Numbered from the stretch's first letter, positions 12,432 through 27,290 are shown. The stretch: 64,000 nt of DNA from Felis catus (GCF_018350175.1 NC_058368.1:6200001-6264000); one strand, 5' to 3'. Notes: generated from the letters alone by a model not told the origin. Numbers and translations are program-made.

Positions 12432-14760
12432 GTATGTTTTATCTTTGATAAGTCACAGCGTAGCACTCTTTTAAAACTTTTGCAGGCAGCTGTATCACTT
12501 CTAATTTTTGCTGTAATAATATGCATATATTCATGTAGTTCCATCTGATCAAAGCCATTTCTAAAGAGTTTACATTAAAAGTGAAAAATGTTTCACACTC
12601 TTAAAAGGTGTCAGACAATCCTTAGAGATTGAAGTGTTCTAATTATAAAATAAACCATGGAAGTTTCTTAGAAACCTTTGCGTTCATTAAAAGTAGCCTA
12701 TAGAGGTGAGTGGCTTCTATCCCTGTTAGAAGCCAGCCTCACCTTTAGTCACAAGGGCATACAGCGTACTAGTAATTATACCATCAGTTCTGTTCACCTG
12801 AGCCAGATTAGATCAGATCATATGCCTCTGTTGACCTTGTCTAGATCAGAAATTACCAACTAGGAAAACCGTTAAGGCTGGATAGGTACAGAACCTTAAG
12901 TTCAAACTAGCCTGTCTTACTATAGAAGGCCTTTGCCTGATGGGGGAAAAAAAGTAACAAGCATTCTATACCTTGGCGTGTTTTCTAATAGCTCTGTTTT
13001 CTTATATATGAAAGCAAAACTTTACCCATTTCTGGTTTGGTACCTATAAAGATAGAACTAAAATTTATTTATTCTAACTGGTTATTTTTTTCATTGTCTT
13101 TTCCAAGTTGTGTTTGTTGCATTTATTTAGTTTGTCTTGTGTGTGGGTAGAAGAAATGTTGTTAACTAAATTATATTTAAAGGCAGCAGGATTGTGGGAG
13201 TATACAAAAAAGTAAATAGTGATTTCTGATTGAAGATTTAATATAGATCCGAATTATCATCTGATTTGTACCACTTTGCCAACAAAGAAAAACCTAGGTG
13301 TTGCTAATCCCTCTTCCCTGTCCTCCCCTATAAAGTCCCCAGATCTCACTTTACGCTTTTAATTAGACTCTTAGAATGTTCTTTTATCGTACAAACCTTG
13401 CAAATTTTTTAGTATCACAAACATTTGATGCACCTCAAAGTGCTCCTAGTCACTGACTCCCTTTAAGAGCTAGGCCCTGTCAGTACTTACCATAGAGTCA
13501 CCAAATGCTATTAAGTCCTTACTTGTGTTTTAAAAAGCCCAATTTGGTTGCATCAAGTTCAAATGTAAGTTCAAAGCATGCAAAATAGAAAAGATTCAGC
13601 CAACTAGTAGTTATAGGCATGGTTTTACTATAAGATTTGGGGAGACCTTATATAACAAATTAAAATCTAGTTTGGAATTATACTTCTGTATAATGTGTAT
13701 GATGTTAGCAAGTTTGGGGGGATACCAGTGACTTAAAGCATTTACATTTAAGAAGAAATATTAGTTCTTCTATAAACCAGTATTTAGTAATGTGAGTCAT
13801 GTTTTTAATTCTTTGCCAAATTTCTGTGTTGTTTTTTTAACCTCCATAATCGAGTAGGTTAGACAAGGTCCTACTTCATTAAAAATGTATATTAGGAGAG
13901 CAAAACCAAACAAACGGTGGATAAGTCTTGACATTTTTGATAGGTGGTATAAATATTGGTTGTTCATTCAACATGTATTTGACAAAAGCTACATGTACTG
14001 ACAGTAGATTCTAAAAGACACAGATGAAAAAAGACAGTTTTTGCCTTTAAGATTACAGTGTAGTAGGACAAACAGCCATGCCTGAATAACTACAGTACTT
14101 ACTAAACTGTGTCAAATGCCACAGCTCCCGTTCTGAGCGAGGAGTTTATGACATTTGTCAAATCATTTAATTTCTTCTTTTGAAAATTTCTTCTTTTTTC
14201 CTCTTAAAAAAGGGAGGCGATTGAACTAGATGGCCTTTAAAAAGTCTTTTCCAGCTTAAAAAAGTTACTATGAATCTTCAAAGTTAAGCTAATAAAATTC
14301 AGCCAAAATAAATGGGGGGAAATAGTGGTGTTAACATACTGTATCGTCAACTTCTGATGATCCCAGTGAACAAGGCTTATTGATGCAAATAGTGGAAGGC
14401 CTTACTGTAACTGATCTGGTGTCTCAATGCTTATTGCCAGTACAAAGAATGGACGTGCAGCTTAACAACCCTGTCCCCAGCATTGGTGCGACAGGTGGAA
14501 AGCAATCTGCCCAGGGGAGTAGGGTCACCCTTGACCTCTGATAGCGGAGCCTCTCTGTAACCCAGGTGAAGAGCAAATGACAAGAGTTTGCCAAGATTGA
14601 AGATCTCAAACTTGGTTTATATTTAGGCTGTTGAAAGGGATGAAACGTTTTTGGTGCCCCTCCCCCCCCCGCCCACTCCCCCTGCCCTGCAAATTTAGCA
14701 CTTTTTTCCTATCTTATGAAATAACAATGGTAAAATTAGAGTAGTCAATTAAATTTGTAA

Positions 14761-14937
<177 letters not shown>

Positions 14938-15339
14938 TAGAACTAATTAAAATTCCATGACATTTAAAAAGTGGCTTTGTTATCGTAAAATATACATATT
15001 TCTATATATTAAATCAAATACAGAAAATTTTAAAGTAAGAACAAAAACGATCCTAAAATTCTTTTACCTAGAAATACCATCATTAGCATTAGAGGGTATT
15101 ATTTCAAGCATCTCTCTCTGACAGATAAGTAGATATTTTAAAACTTTTAAAACATGGGATCATACTATGCATTCTAAGTAAACATGTATTTTAAATTTAA
15201 TTTTACTTGAAAAGAGAAGTAAGCACAGTAAAATTTCTAAACCCTTAATCTTCAGACAAATGTTTCTTTCAGCAAAAGAAATACTAACTTCTAAGAGATC
15301 CCCTTAGAGTTAAGGGGAAAAAATTATGGAAAAAGTAGG

Positions 15340-16960
15340 AGTTGGAAACATCTTAATTCACTTTTCAATTCTTGACTGTGTTGGTTACCTCCCTACAATG
15401 AACGACTGGGAAATGAGTACTCTTGTACTTCCTCCACACCGACCTCTCAGTTTATAAGCTATCTTAGAAATGTCATTGTCATCGTTATTATTACTGGCTT
15501 GTTGATGTTTATGACATTAATTTTGTTTGCCAGCTGTAATTCCCACCATTTATTCTCAGGTTGTGTATTATAATGAATTCAGCGCTCAACTACCACAGTC
15601 CTTTGACCACCTCTTTTCCATTACGGAGTCTTTATTCCTCCTCATTTTATTTGGCTGAATTTTATCATCGAGTACTTTTCTTATGTGCTTTGCTTTTCTT
15701 TTCTCCTTTATTGTGTGTTTTTATTGCTTATTTAACCTGTTCTGCGTTCTCCAGAATGACATTGAGCCTGCTTTTTTTCTGTCCCTTGGTTAACTCCATC
15801 CTGAAGTCATCTATGCTTTGCTGTATTCTGGATTGATTTTAATCCTGGCTTTTCTTTTTTTTTTTAATTCCTCTGTGTTGGATATGTTTCATTCTGGGCT
15901 TTATTATTTTGCTATAGCATATTCTCAAGTAACTTGCTTTGGAAGGGAGGTAAATTTTCTAGTTCTTGTATTTCTGAAAAATGCCTGGGTCATACTGTAT
16001 CATGCAGTTTGGCCAGCTTTAAAATTCTAAGTACAAAATAATTTTCCTTCAAAATTTGATGATGCTCCCCCATTGTCTTATATCATTAGTGTCGCTAATG
16101 AAATCTCATGCCAGTCTTATTCATTGGTGGATTACTTCGGTGGTTTTTCTTTCTGAAAACAGATAAGAATTCTTATCGTTGTATTTCACAGTAATGTGCT
16201 GGCTCCTTGGTGAGCACGTTCATCCTGAAGTTCATAGTGGAAAGTCTGTAGAAAACTCTTACACTAGTCTTTTGATTTCATCCTGTCTACTTTCTTTTTT
16301 TTTTTTTTTTAACTTTTTTTTAATGTTTATTTATTTTTGAGACAGGAGTGACAGAGCATGAGCAGGGGAGGGGCAGAGAGAGAGAGGGAGACGCAGAATC
16401 GGAAGCAGGCTCCAGGCTCCGAGCTGTCACCACAGAGCCTGACACGGAGCTCGAACTCACAAGCCGTGAGATCATGACCTGGGCTGAAATCAGATGCTCA
16501 ACCAACTGAGCCACCCAGGCACCCCTCCTTCTGTCTGCCTTCTGTGTTTCTCTTTCCTAAACTGAGTATGGGCAGATATTGGACTCCTGGGGGTAATCCT
16601 TTATACCACTTTTCTTCTGTTTTTCTGCTTTTGTCTTTTTTTTCCTAGAACCCCTTCTTATTCTCTGTTAATTTTTTGTATTATGGAAAGAAGCTTCTTG
16701 AATATCTGTGAGGACAATGCTGTATTCCTGGAATAATTACCTGTGTTTTCTTTATAGGCTCCCTTTTTATTAATTTGTCTTGGTGTCTCCCTTCCAAATG
16801 TCGTGTTCTTGATCCTTGCCTATCTCTTCATATGTAAGAGTCACGTTCACAGAAAGGTGCTTACAAACTTTGTGTACACAGATTATAGGGCTCGTTGATT
16901 GGCAGACATTAGGGTAATCTAGCAGAGAACTTTAACAGGGGGATCCCCAAGTGTCAGCAG
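15340..16960 (-). mobile_element. Degenerate ancient L1M-type region (interrupted by SINE)
   Basis: T-rich strand skew with L1M-like motifs (CTTGTATTTCTGAAAAATGC, GATGCTCCCCCATTGTCTT); boundaries uncertain. Confidence 0.45.
16295..16525 (-). mobile_element. SINEC_Fc
   Basis: T tail, GAGA tract, ...GAGCCACCCAGGCACCCC. Confidence 0.92.
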
Positions 16961-17289
16961 GCACGAGTCTTTGCCCTGAGTCCATTCAGATTCTTTAAGG
17001 GAAGAGTCTTTCCACTTGGGGCCCAAGTTTTGTATAGCCCCAGGGCAGCAGAGGGGACTAGGGGAAGGAGAATGAACTGTTTATAGAATACAGACTTTGT
17101 AACTGGTGCTGCAAGGACAGACTCTTCACGAAGTTGTACAGGACAGGCCTGCTTCCCACTCGGCAATAATACTGTGGCCTACGGTCTTCTCTGAGCTGTT
17201 CCATCTGCCTTCCAGCTTCCAGAAGTGTTCTTATATATCTCTGCCAAATCAGGTCTTCATATAGCCAGTCTCTCTTTTTTTTTTCATTC

Positions 17290-17510
17290 AGATCTTAGTC
17301 AAAACGCTACCTCTTCAGGGAGAGCTGTGATCATACAGTCACCCTGCCTTCCCCATCCCACTTCTAGCTTACTGCCGTGGTAACATTGAACAGTATCTAA
17401 AATCCACTAAAGTAGATAGACGTTGCCCAGCTGGTCACCCTGGTAGGCCAGTGCCTACAGGGTACACAGTGAGAACTCGGTACTCTCTGTTGAATAAATG
17501 AGCGAATCCT
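17290..17510 (+). mobile_element. L2 3' end
   Basis: CAGTGCCTACAGGGTACACAGTGAGAACTC...TGTTGAATAAATGA terminus. Confidence 0.6.
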
Positions 17511-17645
17511 GTCCCCAGTGATTTCCTCCTGTTCAGAAAGGACGTTGCTGCCATTTCAGTGTATATAAATGAGGGAAAAGAAGAAATACTTGTGATTATT
17601 CCCGTCTTAATCTGAGCCCAACATGTCTTTCTTCAGAAAATCTTT

Positions 17646-17861
17646 TTTTTTTTTTTTAATTTAAAAGGTTATTTATTTATTTTGAGAGAGAGTGAGCAGA
17701 GCCCATGAGCTATGGAGGGGCAGAAAGACAATCCCAAGCAGGCTAGACGCTCTCAGTGCGGAGCCCAGCGCAGGGCTCAGACTCACGAACCGTGAGATCA
17801 TCACCTGAGGCAAAATCAAGACTCAAAAGGACACTTAACTGACTGAGCCACCCAGGTGCCC
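17646..17861 (-). mobile_element. SINEC with TSD TCAGAAAATCTTT
   Basis: TSD on both sides; Can-SINE body. Confidence 0.9.
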
Positions 17862-20800
17862 TCAGAAAATCTTTATGTTCACTAATCTTTGTACCTGCTT
17901 TGACATCAATTTCATTTTATAGAAAAATAAAGGTAGATAAAGTTAAGTCAGGGAGATATGGGACTTCTCTGTGCTTTGTGGCTGTTATACAAATCTGAAA
18001 TTACTCCAAAATAGAATACTTTTTGACAAGTCAGTTACAAAGAAGGAAAAGTAAAAGTTATTGGAGCTAGTCCTGTTTGGGGGGTACATATTATTACCTA
18101 GGCACATGTTTGGTTATCTTTTTTATACGTGTGTTCTAAGTGCTTAGCATATAAACTAATATGATGCACAGCTATTTTTTCCATCTAGAAATGAATATGT
18201 AAGAGCAGGGTTATTTTTGATAAGACATATTAACAGACTATACAAAGAAGTTATTGCCTAATCTTAGCTGTTGTCAACTGAAAACTTGAGACTCTGAATT
18301 GATTGAAATTAAGTAAAAAATACACCATCACAGAAGCTTGTGTCTCTGACTTAAACTGTTTATTATCTTTTCCTCCAGAAACATTTTATTGTGAACATTG
18401 CAGTTTGTATAACCTGTTACTATTCACGAGGACAGTCTCTAGTCTGGCAGTTTTGATGCAGGGCTGCTTGTCACAAAGCTAAACTAACCAGCCAGTTGTC
18501 CAAATGGCTTTATAATTTGGAAAGGAGAAGGCCTTTCTTCATATTTTTCCCCTTTTACTCCCTCTCATCATCAAAATTCATTGGATAACTGTTAGAGAAA
18601 CAAGAGAAACCAAAATGTACGCAACTTAATCTGACTTGTAGCCTTAGCTCCGTCACTCGGTGGGGCGGGAGGGCGGTGTATACGCGCGCATGCTCGCCCT
18701 TAGCTCGCCCTTAGCTCGCCCTTAGTTCTTTAGCCTCATTTTTTGAAAGTGAGAATTTAGCCTAGATCATCTCCTAGATTCCCGTTTAAATCCAAAAGTT
18801 CTGTGACGTTGGATAAAACAATTGCTTCTGAGGGAGGGAAGTTGCAGAGGGGCTGACTGGAGCGTAGATGATTGAAACCAAGGTCAGTGCCAGACCCTTT
18901 GTGGTGGTGGTCCCCACCCCATGAATACCTGACTTGGCCAAGATCAATCTTGGAAAGCCCTTTTCTTTTATGCAGACATCGACTCAAAAGTGTTACAATA
19001 TAGATATCTTTCAAATTACTTTTTTGAAAGCGAGAAATCATACATAAACCATTTTTAACATAAATTTTTAAAAATAGAATAAGGGAATAAAAAAGGAAAC
19101 TTCTTCCTTGATTCCAGTCTCTCCACCACATTCGCATTCCTCCTATTACCTGTGTAAGTAGCCTAAGGGTCCATTAAAGTATTCAACAAATTCCACACAC
19201 CACACACAGTGAAAGCTACTTATCAAAGAACTTGCCTGTGTTTTTACTTCCCTGTCAGATCATTGTGGTTTGAGCAGCTGATAGAAGAACCTTTGTAGTT
19301 GATGCACAGATTACTTGTTCAGTAGTTCGTTTCAGGGGCATCCTTTAGAAGGGTGAAATCTGCTAGTGTAGTTAGTGGATTATGTTACACTGAAGGATAT
19401 TAAGAAGCAGCAAAAGAGCATAGAGGGAAATGCTGTCCCCACCCGCTGTCACCAACAGATTTTATCCACTTCTATAGAACTGCAAGCTGAATCATTAAAC
19501 CAGAGCGAGTAAATAACGGGTCAGTAAACATTGTACTCCCAGTGACAAAGTTTAATTCAGTTTTAATTATTTTGGGGTTTTGTTTGGTTGACTTTGTAGA
19601 CCAGGCTGAAAGAGGAGTTTCAGTTTTTAATCATCACTAAAGCAGTCTTAAAATTTTACTAAAGTGTGGTACACTCAGATGTTTGTTCTCAAATAACTGA
19701 ATGCCCACTGATTATGTGGCATTCTGTTAAGTGGGAAATGCATTATAAGATAAAGAGAAATGAGAATTTACTCTTTAATTAAGGTAGACACTTGCTATTA
19801 ATACATCTATTGATTAATACATTATTTAACAAGCCCCCCTTCCCTTGGGTCTACATGGCATGCTAATTCCTATCTACTTTGGCTGGTTAGTTCAGTAGCT
19901 ATACACAAGTATTACAAATTTTGAGAAGGAGATGAGATACATAGGTTTTTTATCTTGGAAAGTCTTCTAGAAGGACGTAGGCAGGGAGGTGAATAGGGAG
20001 GGACTTTTTCATGAACTTGGCACAATCCAAAAAAAAAAAAAAATCAGGCAAGATAGGAAGGAGAGACTTATTTACACAGATTTAGAAATTTATCTGAAAT
20101 AATAGCCTGCTTGTAGCTAACTTAACTTTCTGATTAATGTCTGGATCAGGATTTTGAAGAAAGGAAGGATGATGAGGTTGCTAAAAGGTAAGAGATAATA
20201 GAAAAGATACAAAGAGGTATTAGGGTAAGGTTAGGCAGGGCTTAATAAACTATTTCGTCCTACTTTCTGACTTTTTATTTTGGAAGCAATGTAGCTTTAA
20301 CGATAGCTACACGACTTACTTGCCTTCATCTTCCTTTACCTAGTTTGTTTTCTTCTTTAGAATTTTTCATAGCTAACCAGAATGAGTTGTCCGGTCTTTT
20401 GGGTGCTGTGAGTAGAGTTTTACACATGCAGACTGACCCATCAGCCCCTTTTTGTGATGCTCCCTTCCCTTTGATTGAGATTATCATAGGTCAAGCTATT
20501 TATTTGGCACACATGTAAAGAGAATAATCACAAAATCGTTTTTTTCCGTGTACTTTCTGACACTAAAAATAATATAGTTTGGCTTGTGTTTCTTGGTACT
20601 TTTCCATATGGTGGTATTGGCTGACTTGGTTCTCTGATATGGGAGAAAACTGATACGCAAACACAGCGTCATTTTTAAAAATCGCTTGTCATCAGTGTGT
20701 TGTGTAATCTCTAATAAATAGGCGATTAACTTGTTACTCTGAAATGTACATGTGATAATTTTACATTCAAGATCTATATTCCAGTTTTAGAGTTTAGGAA

Positions 20801-21826
20801 TTCTCAGCTAATTTGTAAATTAACATTTTTTCTCATTTTCTATTTATGTGACAGTTATTAACATACCTGATTAATTGCCTTTAATAAAACAGTGATTTTT
20901 ATTTTTCCCTCTATCATTATTTCTATTTACCATGGTTATAAGATCAGTCAAAAACCACTGATTGAGTGTCTGCTATATACACACTGTTGTACTTACTAGT
21001 ATGGAGAAGTCAACCTTGTTGGCTTAGGGCTTTCTCAAGAGTGGAAACTAAATAGTTTCAGTTTTAAATTCTAAACTGGCATGTAGCTCTTTCCTCTACT
21101 AATAACAGTTGTGTTGAGTAAAAGTTCAGTCTGAGTGAAAGTTAGCCTATATCTTAAAGTGAATGAAAGGAATTTGTTGGGTTAAGGAGGCATACATTTG
21201 CCTGGCTTTTATAAGTAATTCCAGTGAGTTTATACCCTTTGTGCCTCTTGAAGTAGAATTTTGCTCCCTGTTTTCTTGTCTTTATTAAATTGGAAAATCT
21301 GATGCTACTGTAGCATAAAGAAATACTTTGAACAAAAAAAGCTGTTCAAGTAGAAATGTGATTTCATTAGAATATTTGAGGTCAGGCACTGTCTTTCTTA
21401 TTGGAATATGACCTTGCTTGCATGAGAGAATAATCATTAGACTTTACAAATTAGCAAGTACATAAACTAGGTGAAGAAAAAGTATTTTTACCTCAGAAAA
21501 TTGTGCTGACTTTTTTTTGACAAGTATGCCCAATTTCAAAGGCTATTTGGGTTTTCTTGTTTTTGTTTTATTTTTTGTTTAATTTTGTTTGTTTGTGGTT
21601 CCTGTGCTCCATATGTAGCTTTGTATGTATTTCACAGATAAGGTAATGTTTGAAGCATTTAAAAATTGCCAAAAATGTAGGTAATAAATTTGATTTGAAT
21701 TTGGAATGAAGCCACTGGGTGGAATGGAGGTATAATAGGGAATGAAAAATGGGGGTGGATTGGGTGGGAATATATTTACAAACAGTATTCCATGATATTT
21801 TAAATTATAATTGCTTTAGGAATTAA

Positions 21827-22180
<354 letters not shown>

Positions 22181-23034
22181 TAATCTTCTTCATGGGAAAG
22201 GTGTGTATCTTAAGCTGATGAAAGCCACTCTTACTCAGTTCTTTATATTTGTGACTTGCATTAATCAAAGATCCTTAGAAATAGCAAAATTTAGAGTTCA
22301 CATATTAGCGTAAAGATATTTGTGGGTTTTCTGAATTCGAGGAGTATATTTTTGTTTCATTTTATTTTGTTTTGTTTTGTTGTTTAATATTTGAAATGAT
22401 AACATGTTTGCGATATCTGTATTAAAAGGTGCCTTTAGTTCTTACCAGGGGAAACTATAAATAAAATTCAGTAGTATATATTTTGGTCTGGCAGTACGTA
22501 TAATAATGCCATTACTTGGGATTTGAGTGTAAATTTTGAACATTATTTACATTTAGGGCACTGTACAGAATCACATGTTGAATAATATGAAACATAGAAT
22601 ATTTTTGCTCTATCACCCTGGCTGGTAAGAACATTCTTTTAAGTGTTCTATTAGAACAGCAACCTTGCGTGCACTGATTAGCGGCAGGGAGAAAGTCGTT
22701 AAGGTGTCTCATCACAGGCGTTAGACCTCACCAGCTGTGTCTCCATCCCTTGTTATACCACAGAATGGTAGTTCCTCAGTCACCAAAAACTGCCCAGAAG
22801 TCTAGAATAATGGATATTTGCTTAAAACACAATACATAACATTGGCTAGTGAGGTACTTATTAGAAATGGTTTCTCATTAGGAAGTCTTCTCAGGTCAGG
22901 GTAACTCAAGACTAATGCAGAAATACCTGGGAGTTATAATTTCTCATTCCCTTGTAGGAGTGTTAACACAAATACTACCTTTCTGCAGAATTGGTCGACA
23001 GTTCTGTGAAGACTGCTTTTTTGTGATGGGAATT

Positions 23035-23770
23035 GTATTTATTCACTAAATATTTGAGTACCTGCCATGTGGAGGCACTGAGTTATGCATGCAATCTTGT
23101 TGATATAACAGGCACGACTCTTGCCTTCTTGGAGTTCATACTGTGGTACTCTAAGTAGAATTTTTAAATAATAGCTATGGATGGAGTAGGTGGAGGAGAA
23201 TGGTCTTTTCTTCCCACTTGTGGATGTGTCCACCATCTCCAAGGCCCGAGGCAAAGGAATATGGCTTACAAGGAGGTGAAAGTGGGGGTGGCTTCTGTAG
23301 GAGATGATTCTTAATGTGTAGTTCAATAGCTACGGTAGGCTCAGCTTATAAGAAATTTGAAAAGTAGGCAGCAGGGTTTAGATTTAAAGTGCAAGAGAAT
23401 CCACGATAAGTTCTTGAAAACTAGTGATGTGGTTTATGTTCCATTTTAGAAAGATTAGCGTGTGGTGGTGGGTAAAAGTCAGTTAAAGAGAGGGAAGCGA
23501 AGCCTTGCAAGCCAGCTCTTTGCCTGTGTCACGGTACTCCAGGTGTAAGTGATTAAAACAAAAAAAAGGATGGGAAGTAAAGGACAAAAATGGAATTGTT
23601 TATAGGAAGTGTGTAATTGAGGGAAAAGTAAGAGATTATCAAGATTTCTAGCTTGAGAAATTGACAAAATAGAGAAATCAGAGCAAGGAAACAAGGAGAA
23701 GATTCCATGCAGGAGTTTAAAGTGTGTATTTAGTTGACTTTACAATATGTGATATTTATGGAGGATAGGT
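23035..23770 (-). mobile_element. L2 remnant
   Basis: TTTATTCACTAAATATTTGAGTACCTGCCATGTG (reverse L2 tail) followed by purine-rich L2-like sequence. Confidence 0.6.
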
Positions 23771-24628
23771 AGTAGCTGTTTGTGTGAGTGGAAGGAAACC
23801 TCTGAAGGCCATTTAAAAACTGACGGTAGCTATTAAGCTACCTGTCGTACTACCTGTTGTACTACGGCACCTGGTAGTCTCCCAGTAAAAGTCCATTGAT
23901 AGTGATGGAAAAAACAAGCCGTCTAGCATGCGTTGTTCGAGCAACTCTAAGGTCAGCAGAACTAACTGAAACATTTTCCACCTAATGTACCTAGTAGCTG
24001 GGGTTGTTTTTGTTACTGTTATTGAAACTAGCCAAGCCACCAGCTGATTTTTTTGCATACTGGTTATATCCTACCCTGTTCTATTTCAGACAATTGTTGT
24101 CGCTTACATTGATTGCTGACGTAAAGCAGTGTATTTAATAAAGTGAAAGTAAGGAGGATCATATTTTTTTTAAAGTGCATCTTATAGCTATGGAGGGAAA
24201 AGATACTACATTTGTCATTGAAGAGATTGGTTGCTGATTTAACCAAGGTATTGAGTGGAAAAGGGGAAAAAGTAGTTACAAACAGAAATAGAATGATTTA
24301 ATAATAGAAATATTTATTAATAGCTTATTCCCCTCTACTTATAGAAATTGAGGTAAAAAAGAAATTGAGGTAACTGATAGTAAATTCTATGGAAAGTAGG
24401 CACTGAAAAGATAAACTCAAAAAGATAGAGATCTAATGCTATGCAAGGGATGAGAATTGTATTTACAGGTCAAGATAAGATGTTTCTATAGCTAGTCAAT
24501 TATTTGAGATCTGTGCTTTCATGGAAGGTCAAAGTGTATGGCGTGTAATAAAAATTGAGGTAACTCTTGTTAAAATTCTTGAGAACAGGAACCTAGACAA
24601 CATAAAATGTTATCAATGTATTCCACAG

Positions 24629-24698
24629 ATAAAGATTGGGAAGATATAAAAAAGATGCCCGAACATTCAACATTAATGAAAGATTTCAGAAGAAATAC
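24629..24698 (+). CDS. CDK8: CDK8 coding exon 8 (70 nt)
   Basis: ttccacag|ATAAAGATTGG...AATAC|gtaagt; (D)[22 protein letters not shown](T). Confidence 0.97.
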
Positions 24699-25448
24699 GT
24701 AAGTTGGAAAGAAAGTAGACCCTTTTTTGATTTCTGCTTTCCCACAATACTTAGGTATAAGATTGAGTACTCGACAGAATACGGAACACAAGGTTATCCT
24801 AACAAACAATTTTACTTATTTACTTAATAAATATTTTACATTATGGCATTCTTTATTGCTCAAGATGTTTACATGATATAAAGAAGATAAACAGCTAATT
24901 TTAGTAGCTAATTTGGGTAGAAAAAAACCCTTTCTGTACCTATTACTTTCTGGAAGCGGCATCAGTGAAAGTATCATAGCTGAAGCAGTAAGAGACTGAA
25001 ATACCCAGCCTTGCTAGCACTGACTTGGCTCCCCACCTGGGTTGTGTAGTCATTTTACGTAGGCTTTAGCAGAGAAGAAGGAATATTCCGTTTATCTGCA
25101 ATGCAAGATCAGAGAATTGGGAGAGAGGACAGTTTATAGGCCTGTGACAAATGTAAAAAAATTGTTCTTTATATTAAAAGACTGAATTAAACATTTGACC
25201 TGTAGTTATTGAGATAAGAGTCATATAAAAATGCTATTCAGTATATATTATTTATGAAATTATTTTGTGTTTAATCAGTGGTATCCATTCGTAAGTGACT
25301 AGTGTGCATGAATGAAATATGAAATTGATCTAATGCTATGCCGATAACTCCATTTTTTATACATATTCTGTACCGGTTGTTATTAAAATATTTGGAAAAT
25401 CCTCAGCCGATGTAAAATTAACCTCAAAATCTAATAGGTATTTCATAG

Positions 25449-25553
<105 letters not shown>

Positions 25554-25641
25554 TAATATTTTTTTTTCCCCTTGATTAGCCCAACCAGAGGTTTTTTTGG
25601 GGTCACTTTATATGGTTACTTAGCACTCTTAGAGTACTTTA

Positions 25642-25652
25642 TTGTTATTTAC

Positions 25653-25691
<39 letters not shown>

Positions 25692-25693
25692 TT
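25642..25693 (-). repeat. (TTTA)n tract flanked by 13-bp direct repeat
   Basis: TTAGAGTACTTTA at 25629-25641 and 25694-25706. Confidence 0.9.
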
Positions 25694-27102
25694 TTAGAGT
25701 ACTTTAATGGTAAATGCAGACATCTGGTTGGTGCATCTTAGTAAAGGCATGAAAATATTTGTTTTTGCAAACCCATAACATGGTTTAACAGACTAATGTT
25801 CAGTTATATTAGATTTTCTAAAGGTTGTCTTTGTACCAAGGCTGTCGAGAACGTTTTTAGAGTTACATTTATTGGTTTTCATCAGTTATTTAAAAGTTCC
25901 AAATATTTCGAAGAATCTAAAAGAAAAACCATCCCACTGCTCAGAAATAATTTTTACAGGTTATTTTGTATTTCAAATCTTTGAAAGATTGCTTATAAAA
26001 TTTTTAACTCCCAAGATACTCTTACAGACTTGGGTATTAGAAGTCCTTCAGTGATGGTGTGCACTATTTGCATTTTCTGGAAGAATATGAGAGTTGCGTG
26101 ATTTATTACTGTATAATGGAAAAATAATTTGACCTAGAAACTGAAAGAATCCATGCGCTATCATAATTTATGAGATTATATTCAACTAGTGCCGATTTAA
26201 ATTTGTTTACAATTTAATTTCCACTTTTACATCATTACAATTAAAAATGATTTTCAGCTTTATGTTTTTAAGAAAGTTATATAACATACTTGGAAATTTG
26301 GGGGAGCAGGCTGTATTATATTTGGCTTAAAATTCTTTTAATCCTTTATTCTCGGTATTTTTAAATGAGTTCATTAAGTGGGATTTTTTTTTTTTTTTTT
26401 TTTTTTTGCCTTGAAAAGATTATATTTTCCTTTATTACAGTACCAGGCCACTTGCAAACATGTCTTCTATTTCTGCTTTTTCTTCTCTGTCTACTGCTTC
26501 TGCTCCTACACCTTCTACTTATTTTTATATCATGTCCTATATCCTATATTTCATTATCTTATTAGCAACTTAAAAAGCAGTACTTAACCTATCTTATTAG
26601 CACACAATATATTATTATCCAAATAATGGTTTCTTATAACGTACTTGAAATAGGACCGAAATAGGAAGGTAAGTTAGATCCTTCAACATACGGATTATTT
26701 ATTCTAGCAAAATAATGGTAATAGTGGTAGACTGAAAGTCACAGTTTGCCCTTCCTTCCCCCCAGTTTGCTGCTCTTTGACATGGTCTGAAGTGGCTCTC
26801 ATAACCATCACCACTGACATCCCAGAGAGAGACTTCCCTTGCAGCTTATTTGCTCATTTTTGCTAGGGTGACCGACCTTGTGTGGGCCCATCTGAAAACT
26901 CGGACGTAACTCCGTTAAAACTGTTGACTGTTTTAAATGGCAAATCCGTGCTTTTCCTTTCAACTCTAAAAATGAAGCTGCACTTCCACTGAAATCTCAT
27001 CAAAATTAAATTTAAATCTCGCCATCCCGGCATTTCTTCTGTATTTCTGAATATTTTATGTCCTTCTGTCCTCTGTGCCCTCTCCCATCAAGTCTTAGCA
27101 CG

Positions 27103-27290
27103 TCTGTTGGTTTTCAAGAGTGGTCCTGGTCCACCGCACCAGAGTCATTTGGGAATTTGGTGGAAAGGCAGCTCTTCGGACCCCTGCCCAGACATCCCAG
27201 TCAGAGCTCTGGGACCGGGGCCAGCGGTCTGCTTTCGGAAGTGCGCGAGCGGTGATTCCGATGTACTCTGACGTCTGAAAACCACTGCAT
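27103..27290. mobile_element. MER5A-like hAT-Charlie MITE
   Basis: TGGTTTTCAAGAGTGGTCC...GGTGATTCCGATG...TGAAAACCACTG terminal inverted repeats. Confidence 0.75.

Noticed and set aside
14350..14420. C/D-box snoRNA candidate (TGATGA...CTGA)
   Set aside because: No convincing terminal stem or recognisable rRNA guide; kept only as part of a low-interest finding.
14522..14537. Estrogen response element
   Set aside because: Half-sites are spaced by 4 nt, not the canonical 3.
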